A stretch of DNA of 64,000 nt from Eledone cirrhosa (taxonomy: Eukaryota): the NCBI GenBank assembly GCA_964016885.1, contig OZ024742.1, positions 305,970,001 through 306,034,000 of the forward strand, read 5' to 3'. Below are positions 1-13,125 of the stretch, in pieces. The stretch's first letter is position 1. Each line of letters begins with the position of its first letter. The translations under genes and the position numbers were made by a program. A model generated the notes under the pieces. It did not search any database. It worked only from the letters and a program-made list of their open reading frames with translations, and had not been told where the DNA came from.

Positions 1-3000
1 CAAGCAGTGAAAAGGATGGAAAAACCGTCCTTCCTCTACGAGAAGTAAGGTAAGTGGTCTTTCCCATCTTTTCCACTCCTTTTCAACATGACCTCACTCA
101 GAATAGGCAGCATAAATGCGCGTGGCTTGGGGTCGTCATGGAAGCAGGGCCACCTGCTCAATGACCTCAGGTCACTAAACATAGATGTAGTGGCCATCAG
201 CGAGACCAGAATCTCCGAAGCACAGGCTTTCGCACCGATCTTCGGCGGCTACGATGTGTACGCATCTCCCAGCCGTCCGGGATCGGGGGGAGGAGTTGCT
301 GTGCTTTTTCGGAGAGGTTTGGATCTTGCCATACGGGCCATCTTCCTGGACCCAGAAGGTAAGTTTGTGGTGCTGGACATGACCAGCGGAGACGGGCAAG
401 CTTTCAGGTTAGTGGCCGTCTATGCCCCGACAGGAGCAGGCGGCCTGATTTCTTCCGGCGTCTGGAGACCTTTCTTGGAACGTCCCGCTCTTTAGTGTTA
501 GTGGGCGACTGGAACGGGATCTTAGATGCACGCTGGGATTGTGTGGGATTAGTGGATAGGGAAGGAGGGTGCAAGAGTCTCACCAACCTGCTCAGACGTT
601 TTGAACTGTCTGACAGGTACCGAATGGATTTCCCGAATGTACCAATGTGGACTTGGACAAATCGCATAGGGTCATCCAGATCATATCTAGATAGAGTATT
701 TTGTAGGGAAATAGATAGGTCTAGCATAGGCTGTCCACAATTCAAGATAGTCAGCTACACGGACCACAAATTCGTGATCTGTGTGCTTGACTTAGATAGG
801 CTTCATAGACGAGGACCCGGCTACTGGAAGCTATAACGCGTCCTTACCAGCGCGCAAGGCCTACAGAGACCGGATTAGCGAACAAGTTAAGCGGGCGTTG
901 ACGGGGGCCATCGTCAACAACAAGTGGTGGTTTGCTCTGAAAAGAGCAATTAGAATAGAGTCCATTAGGTTTAGTAAGACTTTAGCAATAGAGAAAAATA
1001 GAGCAGAGGGAGAATTAGTTAGAAAATTAGATGAGGCGCTTAGCAAAGGCATCGCGACCGACGTACTTGCGGCGAAATTGACCCTTGACCAATTCTTCAA
1101 TGCAAAGCACGAAGGCTGCGTTGTCAGAGCTAGGGTGCGTGCTCTCAGACACGAGGGGACGAAAGCCGTTCAAAGGGCCCGAGTGGCGGAGGTGCGTCGT
1201 GGCAACAAAGCCACGATCCGGTCTTTGGTGGACCACGACGGGCGCATGCTACTCGATTCCGGGCAAATGTGTGAAGCTTTTCAGCGACACTTCGCTCAAC
1301 TGTTCGGGGGCAGTGGCGGGCCGGATCGAGGGATGGACTTTAATGTCTACCTCGACGGACTGCCGCGGCTTTCGGCCACTGAGGCGGAGTGTTGCGAAAA
1401 GCCGATAACAACCGCTGAAGTACGGGATGCAATGACTAGTTGCACAAGGGCTAAATCGCCTGGTTTGGATGGTCTGCCCTATGAATTTACGTACAAATGC
1501 CAAACTTGTTCGGAGGCCTCTTGGCGGACGTCTACTGCAACTGGCAACAGAACGGGAGAATTCCCAGCTCTGTGAGCCGAGGAGCGGTGGCGCTGCTGAG
1601 AAAGGATCCGAACAAGGGGGATAACATAGATAATTTTAGGCCCATAACTCTGCTAAACACAGAGTTCAAGATTTTGCCCAAGGTGCTAGCAAAGAGGTTG
1701 GCGCTTGTCGTTGGTGGTCTGGTGGGAGAGGCACAGACATGCGCCATTCCCGACAGATCCATCCACGACAACCTCCACCTCATGCGATACATCGTAGAGA
1801 GGGTAGCTAGGGAACCTGGCACGGGTGGGTCTTTGATCAATTTAGATCAGTCGAAAGCCTTCGATAGGGTCGACCATCGTTACCTAGCGGCAGTCCTGAG
1901 GGCGGCTGGCTTTGGGCCCGTCTTCAGAGGCTGGATCGCTGCCATGCACAGCGACATCTGCTCTGTAGTGAGAGTCAACGGTCACCTTTCGAAACCGTTC
2001 AACATCATGCGCTCGGTACGCCAAGGATGCCCCATCTCGTCCCTATTGTACGTATTGACTCTCGAGCCATTACTGCACAAACTGGAGACGTTGAGGGGGG
2101 TCCCGCGCGAGCTGGGATGCGGAAGATCCGTGTCAGCATATGCCGACGATGTCACCGTAGTGGTGTCGAACGCCAAACACATCGAGGCGATCGGCACTAC
2201 ACTAAGAGAATACGAAGCGGTGACAGGAGCAATGATCAACCAGGAAAAGTCAGTGGGCCTGCAGCTTGGCACCTGGAGAGGCAGGTCCATGCCGTCCAAC
2301 AGCGTCGTCGGGCGCTGGACGGACGGACCGGTTAAATTGCTAGGGGTCTGGTTCGGTCCAGACCTCCAGACGGACAAAAACTGGGATGGGGTGACGAGCA
2401 GGGTGGCTTCTCTCACCCAGAAATGGGCCGAGAGGAAGCTATCCCTGAAAGGTCGAGCGGAGGTGGCGAATGCGTACATCGCATCCGTCATCTACTACCG
2501 CCTGACCGTCTTACCTTGTCCTAAGCCCCGCCTGACTGCGCTGGAGCGTTTGCTCTTTCGCTTCTTGTGGAAGGGACGCGCTCCGATGGTCAGGCGGTCC
2601 ATCTGCTGTCAACACCCGCTACGTGGAGGGCTGGGCATGCCGTGGCTGATGATGCGCAGACACGCGCTCAGGCTACGACATCTCCACCTCTTCCTCGACG
2701 GTGATCAGGTGTGGTCGCCGTTTGCTAGACACGTTTTTCCCCAGCTCGTCTCCTTGACGGAGCTGCAGTCCTGGGTCAAGCGAAGACGGAGAGGGAGCGC
2801 TTGGAGACTGGAATGTCTTCAGGCGCTCACAGTGGAAACTCCACCTTGGCGTTTTATAGGGGATTAGTGGAGGGGAAGAGCGACGACGTACTTGGAGAAA
2901 CTCTAGGCGTCGACGAAAATCAACTAGCCAATCTCTTCGGAAGGACTTTCGGGCCGGGGCCTATGGACAACTTCCAGAAATCCCTGGCCTGGCAGTGCTA

Positions 3001-3721
3001 CCGGGGTGCTTTGCCAGTTCGGGATAAACTTTACAGGCATGGATGTGCCGTCAGCCGGGCATGTCCGAGATGCGCACAGGGCGACGAAACCGTCCTGCAC
3101 GCACTCGTCCAGTGCCCGAGCATTGCTGACTTGTGGGTTTATGTCGAACACCTGCTGTCACGTGTAGGACGGATCCAGCTATCAGCTGAGTCCATCGTGA
3201 GGATTGCCCCGCCCCCTTCCTTTAGCCGGGAAGGGCAGGCAGTTTTTATCTGTCTGGTGGCCATGGCGAAAGAGATAGTATGGTGGACACGTTTGAAAGG
3301 GCTGAAGACGAGCAGTTACCTCTTCGGTGATGCCCTGATTAACTTTTTCAAACTTCATCTGAAAAGAAAAATCAGGGTAGAGAGGGAAGTGCTCTCTTCC
3401 CAGCATTTTGTTGAAAGATGGGTGAGAGAAGCAAGTATGGCCCGAATGAATGGGCCTTCCCTGAGTATGTGTCTGTAAATTAAAGGTGGAAAACTGGGAG
3501 AGGGCACTTGCCCTGGTGGTCAGGGCCACTGTGGTCTTTTAATGGGCTTTCTCCACAAATGTCCCTAGGAAGTCTCCCCCCTATTGGGGAATTTTTCTTT
3601 GTTATTTTATTTCATCCTCTTTTTTTTTTACACGCAGAAATGCCCATTTGTACCGTCCTGTATTGTCCTGTAGTGTCCTTAATGTCTACTTTATGTAAAC
3701 CCTTGTGGTTAATAAAGAAAA

Positions 3722-3767
<46 letters not shown>
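1..3767 (+). mobile_element. Tx1/L1-clade non-LTR retrotransposon, copy 1 (subfamily A; 5' part outside window)
   Basis: End of ORF1, APE-RT ORF2, 3'UTR, AATAAA at 3711, (TTA)n tail about 3723-3767. Confidence 0.92.
88..3478 (+). pseudogene. Frameshifted ORF2 (APE + RT + C-terminal Zn finger) of copy 1
   Basis: Motifs across ORF fragments: SINARGL, ISETR, VYAP, GDWN, TDHK, GPGYWKL, PGLDG, RPITLLN, RQGCP, YADD, CPRC..ETVLHALVQC. Confidence 0.92.
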
Positions 3768-3982
3768 GGTTGGTGAAGCCACGCTTCTTATCGCCTCCAG
3801 TCTTTTTCAACGTTTTACCTCTTTTTCATCCGTTCTAAACCTTTTATTCAAGTTTTAAATTTGATAAAAGTTTAGAAGAAATGACCCACCTAATACAGGG
3901 GTTCACTAGTAAATAATACGGCACCCCTTTACGGAGTGTCGTATTCGTATTTTTGGAAAAATATTTTTTAAAAAATTTCAAA

Positions 3983-6008
3983 ATGGATAACACATAAAAG
4001 AGAGAGAGCGCTGTCAGACAACACAGAGAGAGGGAGACTTTATCATCATGTCAACAAGACAGCGTTCCAGCGGAGGTAAATATAAACGAAAATATTACAA
4101 AGGAAAAAAAGATTGTTACAGATTTAAAATTAACAAATATTTCTAACACAAACAACACTAACAATAACACCAACAACATCACCAACAACAACACCAAAAA
4201 TAACAGTGGTAAAGTCGAGAACGACAATAACAAAAATAACAGCGGTAAGGTCGAGAACGACAATAACAAAAATAACAGCGGTAAGGTCGAGAACGACAAT
4301 AACAATGACAATAACAACAGCCACAACAATAATAGTAGGAACAGTATCAACAAAAACAACAATAATAACAACAGCCACAATAACAGTAACAGCAGCAACA
4401 GTATAAACGAAAACAACACCAACAACTGTACCAGCGAAAAGAACAACAATGACACCGATACCTGTAATAGCGACCTCAGCACCACCAGTAAGACCAGTAG
4501 CGGCAGCAATAGTGGTGCTGCTGAAAAAGGGACCACTTCTTTTGCAGGTGTCGCCCGAAATATCGAAACAGTGTTAGTCACAGAGGAGGAGATGGCAGTC
4601 GCAAGGGCCATGGTGACAAGAAGCGCAAATAGAGTTTCCCTGAAACCTCCACCCGATTTTTTCAAGGACCAGCAGCTACGAACGGTGACTTACTGCACCG
4701 TAAGCAAAATCTCACATCGAATGGAGAGAGCCACGGAGGCTCAAATCCAAAAGGCCTTGGGGTGTGTCTGGGCACGCAAAACCCACATCACCCGAGGCAG
4801 AAAGTCCGCCACAGTAGACGTACTTTTCGCCACCCCCCAGGAAGAAAAGTCTCACTCTTTGGAAACCCTAAAGAGTGAGGAGTTAGTCTTGGTGCCCTCC
4901 TACTGCGGGCAGAAAATTGTGAGGGTCAAAGTGACCCAGGTTCCACCCGACGTACCCATACCTTGGCTGCCCGCGTCTGTCCTTGCTGGAATTGAGAACA
5001 GGGCGACCATGCTGCAAGTAGAAAAAATAGGGAGAGAGAACTGGTCAGGTATAGGCATGCAAATGCTTATACAAACTGACCAGGAATGTATCGAGGCTAT
5101 CCCCGATATCATAGACTTTGAGGAAGGACTCCAACTCCTTATAAGTTAGAAGGAAGACGGCCAAAATGTTATCTCTGTGGGTCGAAAGGTCACCTCAGGG
5201 CCTTTTGCCCGCAGAAGACACCGAAGAGGGCCCCTCTCCTTCCAATACCTGGTCCGCTGCTACCAAGAGCAGGACAGGCAACAAACGAAGAAGCCCCTTC
5301 CACGGTGAGTAGAAGGGTAACGTCCATAGCACCCGTACCAAGGCCACGGATAACTAAAGCAGCAACACCAATAGCTACATTTGAAATAGCTACACCAGCA
5401 ACAACATTGCCGAAGAGGGCTCCACTACCACCACCAACAGCCGTGGAGCACATACCCCTCCCAGACGCCACAGAATCCGACATGGAGTTTGAGGCGGGAG
5501 TGACGTGGCAAACAGTCTGCCACAAAAAAGAAAAAAGAAAAAAAAACTAAGGTTCACCCTCCAAAAGTCGAGGCATACAAAGAGGGGTAAAGGCAGCAAA
5601 GAAACTTGCAGCAACACCACCACAAACACCAACAAAGCAAACACAACAAGACACACACACCAAACAGCAACAAGAAGAAAACGGCAACAAAATCACCCCT
5701 CCCCCCAAAAAGTACAAAGCCATAAACATAGCAAAAAAAGAACTCATAAAATATATAAAGCAGCACACAGACATCACGGAAAAAAATTACTACACCCCAC
5801 CAAGACCAAGAACTCTCCCGTCAAACATAAGCATCATCGAAATCTCATTAGAACAATACAAACCTTTAAAACAAAAATTCCCCAACGCAGTTGGAGACTT
5901 CAGAAGACGATTACCAAGAGGATATACACTGACATCCTCTTGGAAACACCCATGACCAGCGAAAGGGACGGTTCTACTGTCCCTTCACCACACGAACAAG
6001 GTAAGTGA
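3983..6008 (+). pseudogene. Disrupted ORF1 of copy 2 (Asn-rich N-terminus, folded core, CCHC knuckle, Pro/Thr-rich tail)
   Basis: ATG 3983 is in frame with ORF 4571-5149, with an early TAA at 3995. Knuckle RPKCYLCGSKGHLRAFC near 5158-5208. Homologous to ORF 13932-15140. Confidence 0.8.
4195..4302 (+). repeat. 36-bp tandem repeat x3 inside ORF1 (KNNSGKVENDNN)
   Basis: caaaaataacag(t/c)ggtaa(a/g)gtcgagaacgacaataa at 4195, 4231 and 4267. Confidence 0.9.
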
Positions 6009-6040
6009 CCCTTTCTCATTTGCCCCGTTTCTCATCCAAC

Positions 6041-9000
6041 ATGGCTGTACTCAGAATAGGAAGTATAAATGCACGTGGCCTGGGGTCATCTTGGAAGCAG
6101 GGTCACCTGCTCAATGACCTCAGGTCACTAAACATAGATGTGGTGGCCATCAGTGAAACCAGAATCTCCGAGGCACGGGCTTTCGCACCGATCTTCGGCG
6201 GCTACGATGTATACGCATCTCCCAGCCGTCCAGGATCGGGGGAGGGGTTGCCGTCCTTTTTCGGAGAGGCTTGGATCTCGCGATACGGTCCATCTTCCTG
6301 GACCCAGAAGGTAAGTCGGTGGTGCTGGACGTGACCGGCAGCGAAGGCAATGCTTTCAGGCTAGTAGCCGTCTACGCCCCAACAGGGGCAGGACGGCCAG
6401 ATTTCTTGAGACGTCTAGAGACCTTTCTTGGAACGTCCCGCTCTTTAGTGTTAGTGAGCGACTGGAACGGTATCTTGGATGCATGCTGGGATCGTGTGGG
6501 GCTAGTGGATAGGGGAGGAGGGTGCAAGAGCCTCACCAACCTGCTCAGACGTTTTGAACTGTCTGACAAGTATCGACTGGATCACCCGAATGTGCCAATA
6601 TGGACATGGACAAACCGCATCGGGTCATCCAGATCGTATCTAGATAGGGTATTCTGCAGGGAACTTGATAAGGCTTGTATAAGTTGTCCACAATTTAAAA
6701 TAGTCAACTACACAGACCTCAAATTTGTGATCTGTGAGATCGACATAGACAGACTTCATAGACAAGGGCCTGGTTACTGGAAGCTGAACGCGTCACCCGG
6801 CGCGCAAGGCCTACAGAGACCGGATTAGCGTATTAGTTAAGCGGGCGTTGACGGGAGCGGTCGTCAACAACAGGTGGTGGTTCGCCCTGAAAAGGGCAAC
6901 CGACGTGCTTGCGGCGAGATTGGCACTCGACCAATTCTTCAACGCAAAACACGAAGGCTGCGTTGTCAGAGCTAGAGCGCGTGCTCTGAAACACGAGGGG
7001 ACAAAAGCCGTCCAATGGGTCCGGGTGGCAGAGGCGCGACGTGGCAATAAAGCCACAATTCGGTCTTTGTCTGACCAAAACGGGTACGTGATGCTCGAAC
7101 CCGAGCGGATGTGTGAAGCTTTTCAGCAGCACTTTGCTGAACTGTTCGGGATCGGCGGCGGCCCGGATCGGGACATGGACTTCAGTGCATACCTCGACGG
7201 ACTGCCCCGGCTCTCGACGACCGCAGCACAGTGTTACGAAAAGCCAATAACAGCCGGTGAAATACGGGAAGCGATGGCTAACTGCGCAAGAGGTAAATCG
7301 CCAGGTTTAGATGGTCTGCCCTACGAGCTTTATGCATTTATTCCAGACTTGTTCTGTGACCTCTTGGCATACGTCTACTGCAACTGGAAGCAGAACGGGA
7401 GCATTCCCAGTTTTGTGAGCCGGGGAGCAGTGGCGCTGCTGAGAAAAGACCCGAACAAGGGGGATGTTATTGATAATTTCAGGCCCATAACCCTGCTAAA
7501 CGCAGAGTTCAAGATTTTGGCCAAGGTGTTAGCAACGAGGTTGGCGCTTCTCGTCAAGGGTCTGGTGGGAGAGGCGCAGACATGCGCCATCCAGGACAGA
7601 TCCATATACGACTATCTCCACCTCATGCGTTACATCATAGAGAGGGTGGTTAAGAAACCTGGCAAGGGTGGGCCCCTGATCAACTTGGATCAATCCAAAG
7701 CATTCGGTACCTGGTGGTGGTGCTCGAGGCAGCCGGTTTCGGGCCCGTTTTCAGGCATTGGATCTCAGCAATGTACAGCGACATCTGCTCAGTTGTGAGG
7801 GTGAACGGTCACCTGTCGCAGCCGTTCAGCATCATGCTTTCAGTCCGCCAGGGTTGTCCCCTCTCGTCCCTCTTGTACGTATTGGCTCTCGAGCCGTTAC
7901 TGCACAAACTGGGGGCGATGAGGGGCGTCCCACGCGAACTAGCATGCGGGAAATCCAAGTCGGCTTACGCTGACGACGTCACCGTGGTGGTGTCGAGCAC
8001 CAGACACGTCCAGATGCTCGGCACCGCTCTCAAGGAATACGAAACGGTGACAGGAGCAAAGGTAAACCAGGAAAGGTCGGTGGGCTTGCAGCTAGGCACC
8101 TGGAAAGGCAAGTCCATGCCGTCCGACAGCGTCGTGGGGCGTTGGACGGACGGACCGGTTAAATTGCTCGGGGTCTGGTTCGGACCGGACCTCCAGATGG
8201 AGAAACACTGGAACGAGGTGACGAGCAGGGTGGCCTCCCTCACCCAGAAATTGGCTGAGAAGAAGCTGTCCCTGAAAGGCCGGGCGGAAGTGGCGAATGC
8301 GTACATCGCATCCGTCATCTGCTACCGCCTCACCGTCGTCCCTTGTTCCAGCCCAACTCTCACCAAAATAGAGCGCCTCCTCTTCTACTTTTTGTGGAAA
8401 GGACGCGCTCCCATGGTCAGACGATCCATCTGCTGTCAACACCCGTTGCGTGGAGGACTGGGCATGCTATGGCTGATGATGCGCAAACATGCGCTGAGGC
8501 TGCGACATCTCTGGTGCTTCCTTGATGGTGAACGGGTGTGGTCGCCGTTCGCCAGGCACATTTTCCAACAGCTCGTCTCCTTGACGGAGCTGCAGTCCTG
8601 GGTCAGAAAAAGACCGAGGGATAGCGCTTGGAAACTGGAATGTTTCCAGGCGCTCACTGCCCTCTACCAGTTGGGCACCAGTAGCGGTGGAACATCCACC
8701 TCGGCGTTCTATAGAGGACTAGTGGAGGGGAAGCGCGACGACGTTCTCGGAGAGATCCTGGGCGTCGAAGAAGATCAGCTGCTTGCTCTCTTCCGGAGAA
8801 CTTTCAGCCCGGGGCCTATGGATAACTTCCAAAAATCCCTGGCCTGGCAGTGCTACCGGGGAGCGCTGCCGGTTCGAGATAATCTCTACAGGCACGGAAG
8901 TGCCGTCAACCGAGCCTGTCCGAGATGCGCGCATAGCGACGAAACCGTTGTGCACGCACTCGTTCAGTGTCCGAACATTGCTGACTTGTGGAGCTATGTA

Positions 9001-9333
9001 GAACAGTTGCTGTCACGTGTGGGACTGATCTGGTTGTCGACTGAGTCCATTGTGCAGATGGTCTCGCCGTCTTCCATTGAGGAGAAAGGGCAGACGGTTT
9101 TCATCTGCCTGGTGGCCATGGCGAAAGAGATTGTGTGGTGGACAAGGTTAAAAGGATTAAAGACAAACACTTTCCTCTTCGGCGAATCCCTGATTAACTT
9201 TTTCAAGTTTCACTTGAAGAGGAAAATCAGGGTGGAGAGGCAAGTGCTGCTTTCTAGCAAGTTTGTTGAAAGTTGGGTGAATGCAGCGAGAATGGTCCGA
9301 GTGAACGGGACCACTCTGAATATACGTCTGTAG
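6041..9333 (+). pseudogene. Frameshifted ORF2 (APE-RT-ZnF) of copy 2
   Basis: ORF fragments 6005-6334, 6271-6828, 6848-7798 and 7714-9333 carry APE motifs, RQGCP, YADD and CPRC..H..C. Confidence 0.92.
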
Positions 9334-9649
9334 TTTGAGAGATAGAAAAATTGAGAGAGGGCGCTTGCCCTGGTAGTCAGGGTGACGGTGGTCTTTTGTG
9401 TGGTTTTCGCCACGAGTAACCCTCGGAGGTTTCCCCCCTATTGGGGAATTTTTCATTGTTTCAATTTTCATTTTTTTGTTTATATATATATATGTTTTAT
9501 GTCTTTTTTTCTTTTCTTATATAAATAATAAAAATATTTACACGCACAAAACCCACATCGTACCGTCCTGTTCCGTCTGTGATGTTTTTCTTGATGTCAG
9601 CCCTTGTGGCCAATAAAGAAATCATTATTATTATTATTATTGTTATTAC

Positions 9650-11927
9650 TCTTTGAGTCTCAGTCATTGATGTTAGTTAACTGGAAAGATTGTTGAAATG
9701 AATATCAAGCCACTACCTGCAGCCTCAGATATTCAGGACGTATCGGAGGGTTCTTGCTGTTCCCAGCAAGCATGCCTTTTGAAGCGTTCCAAAAAGCGTG
9801 AAGCGGCCAATTTTCTTTAATCATCCATGGAAACTTTGTGAGATAGTCCCTAGTGCGCCTATGACAATCGGGATCACTTTGACTTCATGGCAGCTCCAAA
9901 TCCTTTTTACCTCCCACTTTAAGTCCTGGTATCGGTTAATTTTCCCCCTCTCCTTCTCTTGCACTCTCGTGTCGAATGGGCAGGCCACATCCACAATCAG
10001 GCACGATCTTTTTTCTTTGTCCAAAACCACCAGGTCAGGTCTATTGTGTTCCAGTTTCTTGTCCGTCTGTATCCTAAAATCCCACAGCATATTCACCTGA
10101 TCGTTTTCTATCACCGCCTCTGGCTTATGATCATACCACTTCCCAGAATGTGGTAAATTGTTTACTTTGCATAGGTGCCAGTGGATCACCCTGCCCATCA
10201 CATCATGTCTCCAGCCCTTATAGTGAGTCTGGGCTAGGTGTTTACACTCGGATACAATGTGAGCCACAGTCTCCTCTCTCTCGCCACAGATCCTGCAGAG
10301 TGGGCTAGCCTCCTCCTTGTAAATGTGGTGTTTCAACCACTTCGTTTTGAGGGCCTGCTCCTGCGCAGCCATTAACATTCCTTCTGTAGCCTTTTTTAGG
10401 TCTCCTCTTTTCAACCAGTTCCATGTCTGTGGATCTCTAAATTCAGTTTTCTCAAAGAAGGTACTATGAAGGGATTTTTCCTGAAGGCTGCTCTTTCTCC
10501 TTGATGTTATTTCCTCCTTGGACATCCCCTGGCCTATTTTCCCCTCCTTCAGTACCATTCTGAACATTGGCTCCTTACTATCAGTCACGTATTTGTGTAG
10601 GTTGTTTTTCTCCATCTTAACACAGTCCTCTATACTGATAAGACCTCTTCTACCTTCAGATCTCCTTAAGTCTATCGACATCACTCCTCTTGTGGTACAT
10701 ATTGTAGATAGTCAATAGCTTCCTAGTCTTCCTATCCATTTGTTTTTGTTCAGCAACATTCCATCTCAGAATTCCCGCACTGTACCTAATAATAGACACA
10801 GCTCGGGAATTTACTGCACTTATGGCATTCCTACTGTTCAGATGTGACTTTAATACGCTCCTTACTCTCCGAAGGTATTCAGTTCTTATCAATTCCTTCA
10901 TTTTTTTGTTCTTGATGTCATCAGCCTCCAGAACGCCCAAATACTTATATCCTTCCTCAGAGTCAATTTCCTTTATCATCTCACCTGTTGGTATCTGGAT
11001 TCCGTTACTTCTGCTCAGCTTACCCCTCTTTATCACAATGACTCCACACATACTAATACCAAATTGCATACATATATCATTGCTGAAAATACGGACAGTG
11101 TCAACAAGCACATCCAACTCCTTCTCACTCTTCCCGAAGAGCTTAAGATCGTCCATGAAGAGGAGGTGATTGATGGTAAGCCCTCCCTTTCCCAACCTGT
11201 ATCCTGCTCTCACTTTTCGCAGTACACTGGTCAGGGGCATCAGGGCAAGGACAAACCACAGAGAGGACAGACTATCTCCCTGGAAGATACCTCTCTTGAT
11301 CTTCACGCTTCCCAAGGATTCTCCAGTTGATGTTAACTCTGTTTCCCAGGACTTCATACCTTTGCCCAACAACTGTCCGATGTTATCTGCCACCTTGAAG
11401 ATCTCCAGGCTTTTGGTGATCCAAGAATGAGGCACATTGTCAAATGCCTTTTTGTAGTCTATCCATCCCATGGCAAGACCAGTGTGTCTCCTCTTGCAAT
11501 TCCTCATTACCATCTTATCAATAAGTAACTGGTCCTTTGTACCACGTGACTTCTTTCGGCATCCTTTCTGTTCGTCCGGTAACAAGTTGTTTGTGTGGAG
11601 GTGATGGTAGATTTACTCAGACATAATGCTTGTCAACAGTTTCCACATTACGGACAGACATGTGATAGGTCTATAGTTGGTAACATCATTACCCTTGATT
11701 CGGTCTTTCATTATCAGAATTGTGGTACCTTTTGTCAACCACTCTGGTACCTCACCTGCCATCAAGCAGTCATTGAACATGGTTGTCAGTTTCGGGTGGA
11801 GGGATGTTATGTTTTTAATCCAATACCCCTGCACACCATCTGGGCCAGGTGATTTCCAGTTGGTTAGTTTTTTGGCCTGCCCCTTAAGAGTTTCAACTGT
11901 GATACTCAACTCAGTTTGTTGGTGTGT
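9650..11927 (-). mobile_element. R4/Dong-like RLE non-LTR retrotransposon family A, copy 1 (5'-truncated)
   Basis: RT motifs [57 protein letters not shown] and RPD..IVDVACP indicate an RLE. Flanked by (TAA)n on its sense strand. Confidence 0.88.
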
Positions 11928-11952
11928 ATTATTATTATTATTATTATTATTA

Positions 11953-13125
11953 CAGTTGTATTTATCTTGCTTTATGTTCATACGAGTTATCACCAAGTCA
12001 AAACCAGTGACCTCAAGAGACAACAAGGTCCGCCATGTTCAAGAAAGAAGATACATATTCACACATGCATCTTTAGTGTTTAGACTTGTGATGTACTTAT
12101 ATTGACAGAATCTTCCTTAGTATAGGCAGTTCCCATTAGTACTATCTTTTGTATTTCTCCTATACGCGGGTTTCCTGGGATTTGCGATAAGTAATCATTA
12201 GACCCCTTAGGTATCATTCCCAGAGCGCCTACAACCACTGGTATTGTTTTAGTTCTCAATTTCCACATTTTTCCAATTTCTATCTCCAGGTCCCTATACT
12301 TGCTCAATTTTTCAAATGTTTTTATAGATACATTCTTGTCTATTGGAACAGACATATCAATTAGCAGGCATACCCTCTTTTGAAAGTCTTTCAATATTAT
12401 ATCAGGTCTGTTTGCATCTATTTTTCAGTCTGTTTGGATGCTAAAGTTCCACAAGATTAAGATGTGATCTTTTTCAAGTATGGGAGATGGTTGATGCTCC
12501 CACCAATTCTTTTGATGGGGCAGGTCAAAATGCTTACACATTATCCAATGTATGTATTGTGCAGCTCTGTCATGCCTGTTTAGGTATTCGGTTGGAGCTA
12601 TAGGACTGCACATTGAAATTATATGGTCAATGGTCTCTGGTTGTTTTTTGCATACACGGCATAATGGGCTGCACCCATTTTTTATTATGTTGGCTTGGTA
12701 ATTTTTTGTTGGCAGACACTGATCTTGTGCTGATATAATCAGTCCTTCAGTCTCCGATTTCAGTCCAGAGGATGCCAAGCACTGATGGGTTAAAGTTTTG
12801 TCAACATCAGAATTGTTAGCTCGCTCTGGGTATTTTCCATACAGAGGCTTTTCTTGCCATTTCTTAGCCAGTTTCTGTAGCAGTTCTTTCTTTGCAGTTA
12901 CTTTTACCTGCTTTGCTTTTTCTGTGTTTTCCATTTCAGCAGTAAATGGGACTTCTGAAATTTGTAGTCCATTACTGTATCTTTGTGCATCTTTTGTAAT
13001 GGAATATGATCTTTTGATGCTTTCGTGTTTCAAAACTAGTTTGATCATCCAATCATGTGATTCCCTTAGATATGTAGATAATCCAATTGTTTCAGTTTTC
13101 AACGCAATGTCTAACTGGATTAACC
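11953..13125 (-). mobile_element. R4/Dong-like family B, copy 1 (5'-truncated; CCHC + RLE + 3'UTR)
   Basis: CRVC..ETIDHIISMC, RHD, LIDMSVP, EKLSKY, PVVVGALG. 3'UTR matches about 17187-17330. Both flanks are (TTA)n. Confidence 0.88.

Larger units (their letters stand above)
3768..9648 (+). mobile_element. Tx1/L1-clade element, copy 2 (subfamily B), full-length layout
   Basis: Starts immediately after (TTA)n. Has 5'UTR, ORF1, ORF2, 3'UTR ending CCCTTGTGGCCAATAAAG, and a (TTA)n tail. Confidence 0.92.

Noticed and set aside
355-365. Second AAGGTAAGT inside the APE coding region
   Set aside because: It encodes conserved E-G-K and varies among copies (ggtaagc, ggtaaat), so protein constraint suffices. 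It also shows such motifs can arise by chance.
1982-2491. Recurrent antisense ORF MTDAMYAFATSARP in several Tx1 copies
   Set aside because: Explained by ORF2 codon conservation. Lengths vary and the start is not consistently ATG.
4051-4665. Hydrophobic Leu/Val-rich minus-strand ORFs (also 13610, 14513, 21829, 44156)
   Set aside because: Antisense shadows of the AAC-rich ORF1, not membrane proteins.
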